A DNA stretch of 64,000 bases from an uncultured Gemmatimonadales bacterium (GCA_963851265.1 CAWKNZ010000009.1:128001-192000); one strand, 5' to 3'. Shown: positions 51,863 to 62,489, counted from the stretch's first letter. Program-made: numbers and translations. The notes: generated by a model from the letters alone, not told the origin.

Positions 51863-52494
51863 CACCGTCTCCTGGGGGTGTGGTGAGTGCGCGGCGTGCG
51901 CACCCACGCTCAGACGGCGACCGACCGGGAAAATCATCGGTGTGACCTCGACCCGTCGCTCGGACACCGGCGCAGGAGGACCCGCGCCGCTTCGCGCCGC
52001 GACGCTCCCGTGCCACGATCGGAAGCGTGAATGAGTGGGTCGGATATGCGATACGGCCGCGTCTCACCTGGGTGCCCCGCCGCAAGGACGCGGTGGTGTC
52101 GCGAGACCCGGCCTCATAATCAGCGACTCAAATCGCTGCCCCGTCACGAGTTCGGAGACGGTCGAGCACCATGCGGCAGCGGCCTTTGCGCGCTCCGGTG
52201 CTGAGAGTTGGCGCGGCTGGCCCGAGTGGGCGCGTGCAAGCGGATGCGATGACACGAAGCCAGTCCGGTGCGAGCCGAACGTACGCCCATGTTCGCGCGA
52301 GTGCCGACAACACGCGCGTGATACGCGCACGGAGGCCCGTTTTCGGAGGGCCGGCCCGATGCAGATCTATTTCCTACGTAAGCAACACCTACAAAGAGAA
52401 GTACGCCTGATACCGCGGCTTGCGACCCCCAGCCTGCTCCCTGGTCGTGCGCACGATGTCGCGGGCGTCGGCGCCGGCGATCGCGACGTACACG

Positions 52495-52944
52495 TTAGGC
52501 GGTGGGCCAGGGCGGGTCGAAGGCGAAGCCGGGCACCAGGGCGGCGAGGCGGACGAAGTCGCGCGCGTTGCGCGTGACCAGTCGGATGCCGTGGGCCCGA
52601 CACGCGAGCGCGAGGTGCACGTCGTTGACGAGCGACTTGCTCATGTCCGCGACCGTCGGGCCGTGCGCGTTCGCGAACCGGCGCATCACGTCCCCCGCCT
52701 CGCCCCACTCCGGGTACCCCGACGCGAACACCCGACCGCGACGCAGGAACGGACCGAGCACCTCGCGTTCGAGCCGGCGCTGCTCGGGCGGCCGGACGCC
52801 GGCCCGGAGTTCCTGGGCCACGACGCCGGACAGATACAGCCACGGCGCGAACGCCTCGCTGAACCCGGCCAGCGCGGCGCGGTGGGCGGGGTCGCGGGCC
52901 GCGTCGACGTAGAGGTTCGTGTCCAGGGTGTACCGGGCGGGCAC
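52495..52944 (-). CDS. vapC: PIN-domain toxin (VapC-like)
   Basis: LDTN, VAQELRAG, NDVHLA, LVTRNARDF. Confidence 0.9.
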   Translation of the reverse strand: MPARYTLDTNLYVDAARDPAHRAALAGFSEAFAPWLYLSGVVAQELRAGVRPPEQRRLEREVLGPFLRRGRVFASGYPEWGEAGDVMRRFANAHGPTVADMSKSLVNDVHLALACRAHGIRLVTRNARDFVRLAALVPGFAFDPPWPTA

Positions 52945-52957
52945 GGGACGCGCCGCG

Positions 52958-53257
52958 TTAGGCGTCCCGATCGAACGCGTCGAAGGTCATCCCGGCGAGC
53001 GCCTCGGCGCCCGTCCTGAGCTCGCGGCCGAACAGGACGTAGTCCAGCGCCGCGTCGAGGGTGGCCGTGTCATTCGGCGTGCCGAGCACGCGACGCGCGG
53101 CGGCCAACCGCGCGGGGTCGAGGCGGAACGCGCGGGGCCCGGCCTTCTTGCCCGGGGCCACGGGCCGTCCGGCCGCGGGCGCGCGGGTCGACGTCCCCGC
53201 GCCTGACGTGGCGGCGCGCGGCGGCCGCGCCGCGGGGTGAGATTCGGATTTCGCCAC
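52958..53257 (-). CDS. VapB-like antitoxin
   Basis: FRLDPARLAAARRVLGTPNDTATLDAALD (RHH-like); 13 nt upstream of vapC. Confidence 0.78.
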   Translation of the reverse strand: MAKSESHPAARPPRAATSGAGTSTRAPAAGRPVAPGKKAGPRAFRLDPARLAAARRVLGTPNDTATLDAALDYVLFGRELRTGAEALAGMTFDAFDRDA

Positions 53258-53271
53258 GGCAGGTCGACTCC

Positions 53272-53306
53272 TGTGTATATGCGTAAACTTTGGACGAATA
53301 TACACA
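53272..53306. promoter_or_regulatory. Palindromic operator upstream of vapBC
   Basis: TGTGTATAT-N17-ATATACACA perfect inverted repeat. Confidence 0.75.
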
Positions 53307-53402
53307 AATGGAGGGCTCGAGGCGCGTGCGCGCCCACGTGCTATCGCCGACCGTGCCCGGCCCGGGGCCGCATGTGCCAGCCGCCGATCCGGCGCGCACG
53401 CC

Positions 53403-54299
53403 CTACGGTCGCCGCGTGCCCTTCGCGAACACCTTGTCATCGTCGCCCCGCCACTCGAAGGTCATCGGGCGGCCCTTGTCGCGCATGAACTCGATGGTCA
53501 CGTCCGGGCGGAGCACCTCCGAGATCACCCCCGCCGTGTCATACACGGCGGGCACGAACCAGTCCGGCGCCACGCGGATCATCGCGAAGTGCCCCAAATA
53601 CCCGTTCCAGAGCCCGACCCGCCCCTTGAGCGTGCCGTTCTCGTAGTCGAGGACGAGCGGGGACGTCTTCGTCACCCGGCCGGTCGCATCGACCTCCATG
53701 AAGTCGTACCGCCCGAGATACGCCTGCGCGTCGGCGAGCGGCATCGTAGTGCTCAGCGAGGGCGCCACGCCGACGTTGAGCGCCACGGTCGTCCGGTCCC
53801 AGTTGAAGGCCAGCGTGCCGCCATCCACACGCAGGGCGGGGATCGACCAGGTCAGGACCTCGGTGAAAGGGGCCTCGTGCGTATGCACCGCGAAGCGGAT
53901 CTGCGCCGGCGTCGAATCCGGCGGCATGTTGTGGAACTGCCGCCACTTCGGGTCGAGCACCAGGGTCCAGTCCCCAGACGCGCGCACCACGAACCACACG
54001 GAGTACTTGCCCTTGGGCACGGCGTGGCCGTCGAGCGTGATCGCCCGGTCCGTCTCGAGGGTCGTCGCGTAATTGGCGCCCGGCGTCCACACCTCGCCCC
54101 AGTGCACCGCTGGGGTGCCGAATAGAGGGTGCCGGCCCCGCACGCGAGGTCTCGAGTACTGCACGGTGATCGTCGTGCCATCGATCACCTGAGCCATCGT
54201 CCCGAGCTCGCTCGCTTTGACCTGGGCCGTGGCGGGCCTCGCGCGGCCCACCATCCCCGTTGCGACGACGAGCAAGCCTCGCGCGACGTGCCACCGCAT
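53403..54299 (-). CDS. DUF2911-domain secreted protein
   Basis: ITVQYSRPRVRGR.LFG, VWTPGANYAT, PKGKYSVW. Confidence 0.85.
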   Translation of the reverse strand: MRWHVARGLLVVATGMVGRARPATAQVKASELGTMAQVIDGTTITVQYSRPRVRGRHPLFGTPAVHWGEVWTPGANYATTLETDRAITLDGHAVPKGKYSVWFVVRASGDWTLVLDPKWRQFHNMPPDSTPAQIRFAVHTHEAPFTEVLTWSIPALRVDGGTLAFNWDRTTVALNVGVAPSLSTTMPLADAQAYLGRYDFMEVDATGRVTKTSPLVLDYENGTLKGRVGLWNGYLGHFAMIRVAPDWFVPAVYDTAGVISEVLRPDVTIEFMRDKGRPMTFEWRGDDDKVFAKGTRRP

Positions 54300-54329
54300 G
54301 GATGCCCCCGCGTGATGTCCGGTCACCGG

Positions 54330-54776
54330 TCAGCCGAACTTCGCGTCCACCGCCGCGCGAATCGCGTCGAGCGACTTGCCGGCCTTGTGCAGTCGCACGG
54401 CGAGCCGGCCCTGTCCCTGGCAAATCGGGCAGTCCCGTGCCATCGCCTCCCTGCCTTCGTAGCACGACAGGAGCGAGTAGAAGCCCTCCATGTGCGCACA
54501 TCCGCAGTTGCAGCGGATCCCATCGATCACCTCGGGGATCGCGCGCACGGCATCGAACAGCTCCACGAGTTGCGGGGCGCCCGCGAGTTGCTCCGTCGTG
54601 AGCACGTTCGCGCCCGTGATGCCGGCCCGCGGGGTCGGATGTGGCCCCGGTACCCAGGCGCGCACCTCGGGGCGCACACGCGCGGCACGCGCGCTCCGAC
54701 CCGGGACGAGGACTCCCGCCAGGGCGGTGACACCCGCGGCCAGCAACGTCCGCCGTGAGACTTCGTGGCGCATCAT
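54330..54776 (-). CDS. Tat-exported PCYCGC-motif-like protein
   Basis: SRRTLL signal; CNCGC, LLSCY, CPIC. Confidence 0.75.
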   Translation of the reverse strand: MMRHEVSRRTLLAAGVTALAGVLVPGRSARAARVRPEVRAWVPGPHPTPRAGITGANVLTTEQLAGAPQLVELFDAVRAIPEVIDGIRCNCGCAHMEGFYSLLSCYEGREAMARDCPICQGQGRLAVRLHKAGKSLDAIRAAVDAKFG

Positions 54777-55239
54777 GGTCTCCTGGTTTCCGACACCAGC
54801 ACGCGTCCCGCGACGCGGCTCCGGAGTGTAGCCCGCCGCACACGGCCGACTCAACCCTCCCGTTCGTCGGCCATCGTCGCCAGACCCGCGACAACAGGCG
54901 CGGCCGTGCGTCTCCTGGGCTCGGCCGTCCGTCGCGTCTGCCCCCTACGATGATCGCCTTCGCGTCCTGGGGTTGATCGGTCGGCGCGCGGGCGGCCCCG
55001 CCGCCGGCGGTCGCCGTCGCACGCCCCACGGAGACCGCCGCATGGCGACCACGCTCGCCGCTCTCCCATTCCCGCGTCCGACTGCAGTCCGGCCGACCGC
55101 GACCGCGACGCCGCCCTGCGCGACCGGGCGGAGGGGCTCGGCCGGGACGGGGTACGGCGTCACCGTGCCGCCGCCGAAGTCGTCGAAGGTGGCGCCGCTC
55201 GCGCCGACGTCGACGAGGCCGATGTAGCCGCCGCGCACC

Positions 55240-55695
55240 ACCCAACAGTGCCCCCACGGGACCGAGGCCAGCGGCTCGGGTCGTCCGGCGGTGGCTCGAC
55301 CACCGGCCGCCACCTCGCCGGCACTTTGTGCAACAACCTGTTGCACATCTGCCGGCACTTCGGGGAACGCGCGCCGTAAATCGTCGGCGAGACGATTCAC
55401 CACCTCGGCACCCCAGCCCTGCGCCCTGTCGGCGGGCGGCGATCTCGCGCCCGAGCTCGAAGTAGAGCGCGACCAGCCCGCGGTTGACCGCGACGGCCGT
55501 GCGGAACTGCGCGACGCGCACCCGCTCCAGCACGTCGGCGGGAAACGCGGCGTAGCCGGCGGGCACCTGGTCGCGCGTCGCGGTCGGAACGGTATCGGAG
55601 GTGAGCGTCCCGATCGCCGAGCCGGGCGTCGCGCCTGCCGCCGGCGGGGCGGCGGTCGGCGCAGGCGAGGAGGAGCGGGGCCGCTTGGGAGGCAT
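55240..55695 (-). pseudogene. DUF1016/YhcG N-terminal fragment, frameshifted
   Basis: RVRVAQ..A.AVNRGLVALYFELGREI / GWGAEVVNRLADDLRRAFPE / VPWGH. Confidence 0.8.
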
Positions 55696-55729
55696 ACTCG
55701 AACGTGAGGCGCCGGGCGGGCACCCCGCC

Positions 55730-55900
55730 TCCCAGAACGCCGACGCCATCGGAATCCATGTGCAGCCGGTACCCCTGGGGCCGGTCCCAGGAGCTGTGAT
55801 CGCGCTCGAACACCTGGACATCGACGTCCGCGCGGCGGAGCGCCTGGGCCAAACGGAGACTACCCAAGCCTGCGCCGGACACCCGCACCCGCAATCCTGC
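55730..55900 (-). pseudogene. FAD-dependent monooxygenase N-terminal fragment
   Basis: RV.VSGAGLGSL.LAQALRRA.VDVQVFERD....RPQGYRL only. Confidence 0.75.
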
Positions 55901-56129
55901 CGACGAGCCTACTGTGAGACGGCCCTCTCCCGTGAAAAAAGGGACGCACTGGAGGCCGGTCCCGTACGTGGGAGGGGGCGTGTACGAGCGCGAAGCGGCG
56001 CCACCCGGACTACCCACCGGGCTGTGACTTTCGCACGTCTCCCGGGACGCTATCGCGTTCGAGGCTTGCACGTCGACGCCGCGCGTGTCGGGTCCCCGGC
56101 ACGGCGGGACGGCGATCGTCCGCACGTGG

Positions 56130-57132
56130 TCACCCCACCTGGTCGCGTGCCGCGCCCGGCCATGCGTCGCTCGGGTCGCCGGGCGGCAACACGCCGCGCC
56201 GGAACCGCTCCGGGGCGAACCCCGTCAGCCGGCGCATGTGCCGCGCGAGGTGGCCGGCGTGCGCGAACCCGCTCGCCGCGGCGACCGCGGCGACACTCGT
56301 GTGCGGCGACGCCAGCAGCGTGATCGCGCGCTCGACGCGGCGGCGCACCACGTACGCGTGGGGCGGCAGGCCGGTCGCCCGCGCGAACTCGCGCGCGAAG
56401 TGGTACGGGCTCAGCCCCGCCTCGGCCGCGAGCGCCGCGAGCGGGAGCGGGCCGGCGAGGTCGGCCGCGATCCGGTCCAGCACGCGGCGGAGGCGCGGCC
56501 TGGCGATGCCGCCTCGCGATGGCCGCACCGGCGGCTCGGCGCTCGGGCAATCACGGGCCGCGTGGTGCTGCACGAGATGGTCGGCGAGCTGCGTGGCGGC
56601 CGCGTCCGCGGCATCACCATCGGGGGCTGCCGCGATGGCGTAGATGCGGCGCGCCAGGATCGGATCGTCCACGTCGACCCCCGGCCGGAGCTCCACGTGG
56701 GCGCCGTCCCCGCCCTCAGCGACGACGGCCGCGCCGCACGATGGCCCACGGCAGCCGCACCGTGAGCACCCGGCACGCCCCGAGAATGCGGAACTGGAAG
56801 CGACACCCGGGCGGCATCACGGTCACCGTGCCGACCCGCGGCACGTCCCGGATCGCCCGCCCGTCGACCCGCGCCTCGACCTGGTGGGCGTCGCTCAGGT
56901 TGAGCACGAGGCCGACCTCGTCGCGGCCGTCGACCACGAGCGACGTCTCGCGGTGGCGCACCCGCCGCACGAGGTCGCGCGGGCCCGGCGTCACCCGCGC
57001 GCCGGCCCCGAAGTCCGCCTCGAAGATCCCCGGGAACATGCGCGACATCGTCGGAGGGTGCGGCGTGAACCCGCGGGCGCGTGCGTCCGGCCCGGCTGCG
57101 AGTCGCGTGCCCACGAGGTCGCCATCCGCCAC
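56130..57132 (-). pseudogene. AraC family regulator split by a frameshift near 56735
   Basis: N-half in ORF 56716-57132; C-terminal HTH (GLSPYHFAREF...SGFAHAGHL) in another frame, 56130-56696. Confidence 0.78.
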
Positions 57133-57139
57133 GGCGCGC

Positions 57140-58204
57140 CTACCGCGCGACCGGGACCGCGAACGCGCTCGCGAACGGGTCCCCGACCGCGACCGGCGCC
57201 ATCCCGAGGTCGGCGAACCCGTGCGCGCGCTGCTCCTCGGCGAGGGCGGGCGGCGTCCAGCCCGGCGGCGGCAGCTCGCGCCGGTCCGCCGGGGCCCCGC
57301 TCATCGTGAGCATCCGCTCGAAGCCCGCCGGCGTGTAGAGGTTCAGGAACCGCGCGGTCGCACTCGTCACCTGGAAGCCGTGCACCGTGCCGCGCGGGAC
57401 GAACACGGTGTCGCCCGCGCGCGCCGTCTCGCGCCGGTCGCCGAGCAGGAACTCGGCCTCTCCGGCGAGCACGTAGAACACCTCGTCCATCGCCGCGTGG
57501 AGGTGCGGCGGCGCCGCGGGCCCGTGCGGCATCACCTCGTCGAACAGGCAGTAGCTCCCGTTCGTCGCGCGCCCGTCGGCCAGCACGGTCCACAGCCCGC
57601 CCACGGACCAGTAGGCCGGGGCCGTGGTCGCGTGGCTGCTGAAGGGGGGCACGACCGCGTCCGGCGTGGGGACGGTGGCCATGTTGTCCGCGCGCGGCGG
57701 GTCGACGCCCGGCAGGCCGAGGATCGGGATCTGGCCGTAGTCGCGCGAGAGTTGCTCGACGAGGCGGCGCGGCGGCATCGGCACGTCGGGCGGCGGCAGC
57801 TCATTCCGTTCGGCCGGGTACCCGAAGCCCATGACGAGCAGCTCGAAGCCGGCGGGCAGGTAGAAGTTGAGCAGCTGCGTGTCGGGCGCGTCGACGACGA
57901 ACGAGTGCTGCGCCCAGCGCGGGACCGCGACGAAGGTGCCCGCCCCCGCCGAGATCGTCTGGCCGGCCGCGTGGAACGTGCAGTGGCCCGAGACCACGTA
58001 GAGGCCCTCGTCCATCGGGTGGGCGTGCGTGCAGGGGCCGCCGCCGTTGGGGGTCACGAGCTGGTCGAGGAGGCAGAACGTGTTGTCGGTCTGGATGCCC
58101 GAGGCCATCACGCGCCACAGGTTGCCCAACTGCCAGAAGCCGGGCGCGCTCTCGGGGGTCGCGACGTAGGCGCGGGCCGTGCTGGCGGCGGAAGCGGTGT
58201 GCAT
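57140..58204 (-). CDS. Bicupin, quercetin 2,3-dioxygenase-like
   Basis: Two cupin motifs: HAHPMDE...HSF and HLHAAMDE...HGF. Confidence 0.85.
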   Translation of the reverse strand: MHTASAASTARAYVATPESAPGFWQLGNLWRVMASGIQTDNTFCLLDQLVTPNGGGPCTHAHPMDEGLYVVSGHCTFHAAGQTISAGAGTFVAVPRWAQHSFVVDAPDTQLLNFYLPAGFELLVMGFGYPAERNELPPPDVPMPPRRLVEQLSRDYGQIPILGLPGVDPPRADNMATVPTPDAVVPPFSSHATTAPAYWSVGGLWTVLADGRATNGSYCLFDEVMPHGPAAPPHLHAAMDEVFYVLAGEAEFLLGDRRETARAGDTVFVPRGTVHGFQVTSATARFLNLYTPAGFERMLTMSGAPADRRELPPPGWTPPALAEEQRAHGFADLGMAPVAVGDPFASAFAVPVAR

Positions 58205-58378
58205 CGGGGGGCCTCTCGGGGCGAGGCCGCGCCGGGGAACGGGCGTGTTCCCGCGGAGCGGTCATGTCCCGGCGTGCAGGTTCCGGACGGCGGCGGGCCG
58301 CCGCGCGCACGTTCTTGCTGCCGCGTGTGGAGGACGGCCCGTGGCGAAGGGCCGCCGCACCCCGGCCGGAGCACGCGC

Positions 58379-58620
58379 TCACGCCGCGCCGGGCGGGAGC
58401 AACTCGGTGCGGTAGAGTGGGGCGATCGCGGCGGCCCTGGCCAAGAAGGCCGCCTGCTGCGCTGGACTGAGTGGGGGCGGCGCCGTCGTGCGGCCGGCGA
58501 CGGCCACGCCGATCTGCTGGAAGAACTCCTCCTGCCCCGCGGGCGCGCAGCAGCAGCGCAGCCGCACGGGCGCCGGCGACCCGTTCTGAAACTGGTGCGG
58601 TGCGTCGGCCGGGATCATGC
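58379..58620 (-). pseudogene. Cupin C-terminal fragment
   Basis: IPADAPHQFQN...PAGQEEFF; first cupin motif missing. Confidence 0.65.
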
Positions 58621-58781
58621 ACCAGCCGACGCGTCGTGAACCAGCGCCGCGCGCCCGCACAGTGAAGCGCAATGCTGCCCGCGTTCGGCCCGGTGGGGGC
58701 GCCGGCGACCGGCACATCGCGCGGTCCGCGCGTCGACCGTGCGGGCGCGGACCGACCCGGACCGACCCGGACCGGCCGGCG

Positions 58782-59585
58782 TCAGTTGCCCGCGGCCGCG
58801 CGGCTGCCGGGCACGTGGCCTCCCGCGAGTCGGTCGAGCCACTCGCCGAGCAGGTGCTGCTCGCCGACGGTCAGCGCGTCGGGCGTTTCGGTCAGGACGG
58901 CGCGTAACGCGACGGCGCGCGCCGCCACCCGTGCCGGGCCGGGTACCGGGTCGCGCGTGCGTTGCGGGGCGCCGCCGACGTCGGGCGCGACGGTGACCGC
59001 GGCGAGCACCGCCTCGCGCATCGCGTCCGCGAGCCGCGGGTCGCGCGCCCCGGGCGCGGCGGCTACGAGGGCGAGCGTGACCCCGTTGCCCGCCGCCGCA
59101 ACGAGACGGGTGGCGTGGGCGACGTCGACCCGCAGACGCCCAGCCACGGCCACCTGTGCGACCAGCGCGTGTAAGTGCGCTTCTCCCTCCCGCGCCGCGT
59201 CGGCGAGCGCACCGCCGGCCGGGTCGCCGTAAATCAGCGCGTACACCGCGGGGTGAGCGAGGCCGAACGCGACGTGCAGGTCCCACCCGCGGCGCAGGTC
59301 CTCGACGGGATCGCCGGACGGGGTGCGGGCGGCCTTCTGGCGCACGTACGCGGCCAGTGTCTCGCGCGCGGCCGTGTCGAGCAGCCCGCGCATGTCGCCG
59401 AACAGGCGGTAGATCGCGGGGGGCTGCACGCCGGCGGCGGCGGCGACCGCGCGCGTGGTCGCGGCGTCGCGTCCGCCCGCGTCGAGCAGCCGGGCCGCGG
59501 CCGCCACGATGCGCGCGCGCGCCGCGTCGGTCTGATCCGCGGGATCGACCGGGGCGGCGTCGAGGATCGCGGTTGGCTCGTGCAT
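58782..59585 (-). CDS. TetR family regulator
   Basis: TTRAVAAAAGVQPPAIYRLFGDM. Confidence 0.92.
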   Translation of the reverse strand: MHEPTAILDAAPVDPADQTDAARARIVAAAARLLDAGGRDAATTRAVAAAAGVQPPAIYRLFGDMRGLLDTAARETLAAYVRQKAARTPSGDPVEDLRRGWDLHVAFGLAHPAVYALIYGDPAGGALADAAREGEAHLHALVAQVAVAGRLRVDVAHATRLVAAAGNGVTLALVAAAPGARDPRLADAMREAVLAAVTVAPDVGGAPQRTRDPVPGPARVAARAVALRAVLTETPDALTVGEQHLLGEWLDRLAGGHVPGSRAAAGN

Positions 59586-59630
59586 GCCGGAGAACTAGCA
59601 CGACGCACATTCCGCCGATAGTCGAGTCTT

Positions 59631-59664
59631 GCTATCGATGGTAGCGTCTGATACCATCGGTACC
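59631..59664. promoter_or_regulatory. Paired TetR operator palindromes
   Basis: GCTATCGATGGTAGC and GATACCATCGGTACC between the divergent genes. Confidence 0.65.
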
Positions 59665-59708
59665 AAGAAAAGAGTATCAGCGAAACGACAATCGGACCCG
59701 AGGTATCA

Positions 59709-60608
59709 GTGATCGTAGTCACCGGGGCGACCGGCCCGCTGGGCCGCGGCGTCGTCCAGCATCTCCTGCAGCGCGTCCCCGCCGACCAGGTCGGCGTCAG
59801 CGTCCGCGATCCGGCGAACGCGGCCGACCTCGCAGCGCGTGGCGTTCGCGTCCACCGCGGCGACTTCGCCGAGCCGGACGGCCTGGCGAAGGCGTTCGAG
59901 GGCGCGACGCAGGCGCTGATCGTGTCCATCGACCAGCTCGGCGAGCTGGCGCGTCAGCGCCACCGCGCCGCGATCGCGGCGGCGCGTGCGGCTGGCGCGC
60001 GGCGCGTGCTCTACACGAGCCACATGGGCGCGCGGGCGGACTCGCCGTTCGCCCCAGGCGCCGATCACGCGGCGGCCGAAGAGGCGCTCGCCGAGGGAGG
60101 CCGGTCGTTCACAGCGCTCCGCCACGGCTTCTACGCGGAGAGTGCGCTCCACCTGATCGGCCCCGGGCTCGTGGCCGGCGAGATCCGAGCGCCGGAGGAC
60201 GGCCCGGTGAGCTGGACCACGCGCGCCGACCTGGCCGAGGCGGACGCAATCCTGCTCGCCGACGAGGGGCGGCTGGACGGCATCACGCCCCCGCTCACCG
60301 CGCTCGAGGCGTTCACCATGGCCGACGTGGCCCGGGTCGCGTCCGAGCTGACCGGGCGCGAGATCCGCCGGGTCACGCTGTCCGACAGCGCGTGGCGCGA
60401 CGCCACCGTGGCGCAGGGCGTGCCGGCCCCCGTGGCCGACCTGCTGCTCGGGATGTATCAGGCCGCGCGGCGCGGCGACTTCGCCGCTGTCGACCCGACC
60501 CTCGAACGGCTGCTCGGGCGTCGCCCGGCGAGCCTGCGCGACGCCCTCGCGGCGCACCTCCGGCGCGGGTCCGCACCGCACACCGACGCCGGTCACGCCG
60601 CCGCGTGA
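59709..60608 (+). CDS. NmrA/YtfG-like NAD(P)H-binding oxidoreductase
   Basis: IVVTGATGPLG, VLYTS, LRHGFY. Confidence 0.9.
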   Translation: MIVVTGATGPLGRGVVQHLLQRVPADQVGVSVRDPANAADLAARGVRVHRGDFAEPDGLAKAFEGATQALIVSIDQLGELARQRHRAAIAAARAAGARRVLYTSHMGARADSPFAPGADHAAAEEALAEGGRSFTALRHGFYAESALHLIGPGLVAGEIRAPEDGPVSWTTRADLAEADAILLADEGRLDGITPPLTALEAFTMADVARVASELTGREIRRVTLSDSAWRDATVAQGVPAPVADLLLGMYQAARRGDFAAVDPTLERLLGRRPASLRDALAAHLRRGSAPHTDAGHAAA

Positions 60609-60636
60609 CCCTCCCCCTCACCACCGGACGATTCCC

Positions 60637-61332
60637 ATGACTATCACGTTCATCACCGGCGCCAACAAGGGCCTCGGCTACGAGACGGCGCGCCGCCTCG
60701 TCGCGCTCGGCCACACCGTGCTCGTCGGTGCGCGCGACCCCGCGCGCGGCCGTGCCGCGGCCGATCGGCTCGGCGCGCGGTTCGTGCCGATCGACGTCGC
60801 GGACGACGCGTCGGTCGCCCGCGCGGCGGAGGACGTGCTGGCGCACGAGGGCCGCGTCGACGTGCTGATCAACAACGCCGGCATCGTCGGCGTGCACGGC
60901 CCCGCCGACGCACTCACCGGCCCGGACGCCGTGGAGATCTTCAACACGAACGTGGCGGGCATCGTGCGCGTCACGCACGCGTTCCTGCCGCTGCTCCGGC
61001 GCGCCGACCACCCGGCGATCGTCAACGTGAGCAGCGGCATGGGCTCGTTCGATCGCACGCACGACCCGGAGCGTGTCGAGTCGGGGCCCGTCGCCCCGCT
61101 CTACACGGCCTCGAAGGCCGCGGTCACGATGCTCACCACGCAGTACGCGCGGGCGCTGCCCGGCATCCGCGTGAACGCGGCCGACCCCGGCTACACGGCC
61201 ACCGACTTCAACGGCCACAGCGGGCCGCAGTCCGTCGCGGAGGGCACGGACGCGATCGTCGCGCTCGCGACCGAGGGCCCCGGCGCCGGCACGGGCCGGT
61301 TTCTCGACCGCCTCGGACCAGTCGGCTGGTAG
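60637..61332 (+). CDS. Short-chain dehydrogenase (carbonyl reductase-like)
   Basis: TGANKGLG, NNAG, VSS, YTASK. Confidence 0.93.
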   Translation: MTITFITGANKGLGYETARRLVALGHTVLVGARDPARGRAAADRLGARFVPIDVADDASVARAAEDVLAHEGRVDVLINNAGIVGVHGPADALTGPDAVEIFNTNVAGIVRVTHAFLPLLRRADHPAIVNVSSGMGSFDRTHDPERVESGPVAPLYTASKAAVTMLTTQYARALPGIRVNAADPGYTATDFNGHSGPQSVAEGTDAIVALATEGPGAGTGRFLDRLGPVGW

Positions 61333-61454
61333 TCGCGCGCCATCGCCGCGGGCCACCGCCCGCCGCGGTGGAGTCGGATCCAGCATCCCGGGGCGCCCAT
61401 GCCCGCCCGGACCGGGGTGCCGCCGACCGCGCCGGCCGTGTCACGACGCGCCGG

Positions 61455-62369
61455 TCAGGACGGCTTCATCGCGAGAATGTCGGCCACCGGGACGGGCAAT
61501 CGCGCGAGCGGCGCCGCCGCGACCATGGCGTCCACGAGCGCGCGGCACTCAGCGTGTCCCGTCGCCAGCACCGTGCGGAATGACCGGACCCGCGACATGC
61601 CCCAGAGCAGGGCCGCCACGGCCCACATCGGACTGCCGTCGATGCGCCGCTTGGCACGCGGGTAGACGCGATCCCCGAGCCCCCGGATCAGGGCGAAGCT
61701 CGCGTGGATCCCGCGCGCCAGCACGACCGCCTCGCCCCACGAGGCCCCGCCGCCGCGCCGCTCGCCGGCGATCGACACACTCTCGAATGCCACACACAGG
61801 GGCACGTGGCAGCGCAGCCAGAGCGGCATCTCGCGCTCAAGCCGCGCCGGCAAGCCCGCGGCGTCGAACACGTCGACCCAGCGCTGGTCACTCATAAGCG
61901 TCCGTTGGCCGGCCGCGCCGATGGTCGCCGTGAGCCGGCCGGCGTCGTCCAGGGTGGCCTGCACGAACGGCATCCCGAAGGCGCAGCGCTCGACACCGAC
62001 CGCGTTGCCGAAGCGCTCCGGATCGAAGGTGTTGCACATGAACTGGATGCACCGGGCCGCGCTGCGCTGCAACGTCGGCAGGAGCGCGTCCACCTGGTGG
62101 GCCAGGAGCGTGACGATGATCAGATCGTACGGCGTGTGTTCGTCAAGCAGGTCCGACACCCGGACGTCGGCCCGTCCGCGCGTCGCGTCGAGGATCGCCC
62201 CCTCCTGTTCCAGCTGCTGCAGCCGGACGGAGCCCGGCCGCGCGATGACCGTGATCTCGTGACCGCCGACGCGGGCCAGTTGCGAGGCGAAGGTACTGCC
62301 GATCTTCCCCGCGCCGAGCACCGCGATCCGCAGCGGTGGCGTCGAAGCGCGCACGACGGTTCCGGACAT
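61455..62369 (-). CDS. Ketopantoate reductase (ApbA/PanE) family protein
   Basis: IAVLGAGKIG, YDLIIVT..AHQV. Confidence 0.75.
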   Translation of the reverse strand: MSGTVVRASTPPLRIAVLGAGKIGSTFASQLARVGGHEITVIARPGSVRLQQLEQEGAILDATRGRADVRVSDLLDEHTPYDLIIVTLLAHQVDALLPTLQRSAARCIQFMCNTFDPERFGNAVGVERCAFGMPFVQATLDDAGRLTATIGAAGQRTLMSDQRWVDVFDAAGLPARLEREMPLWLRCHVPLCVAFESVSIAGERRGGGASWGEAVVLARGIHASFALIRGLGDRVYPRAKRRIDGSPMWAVAALLWGMSRVRSFRTVLATGHAECRALVDAMVAAAPLARLPVPVADILAMKPS

Positions 62370-62411
62370 GGAGGACCTCACCTGCAGGGGATGGACGCTC
62401 GCGTCCGCCTC

Positions 62412-62483
62412 GATGACACGGCGTGTCGTCATGGTAGCCGGTGATGACACGGAATGCCAACACCGAATGCCACCCCGTATACT
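62412..62483. promoter_or_regulatory. TetR operators and -10 box
   Basis: GATGACACGGCGTGTCGTC (62412), GATGACACGGAATGCCAAC (62443), TATACT (62478). Confidence 0.65.
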
Positions 62484-62489
62484 TCCCGC

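Noticed and set aside
52030..52430. AT-richer non-coding stretch considered as a Tn3 end or dif site
   Set aside because: Does not match the Tn3 38-bp IR or the XerCD consensus.
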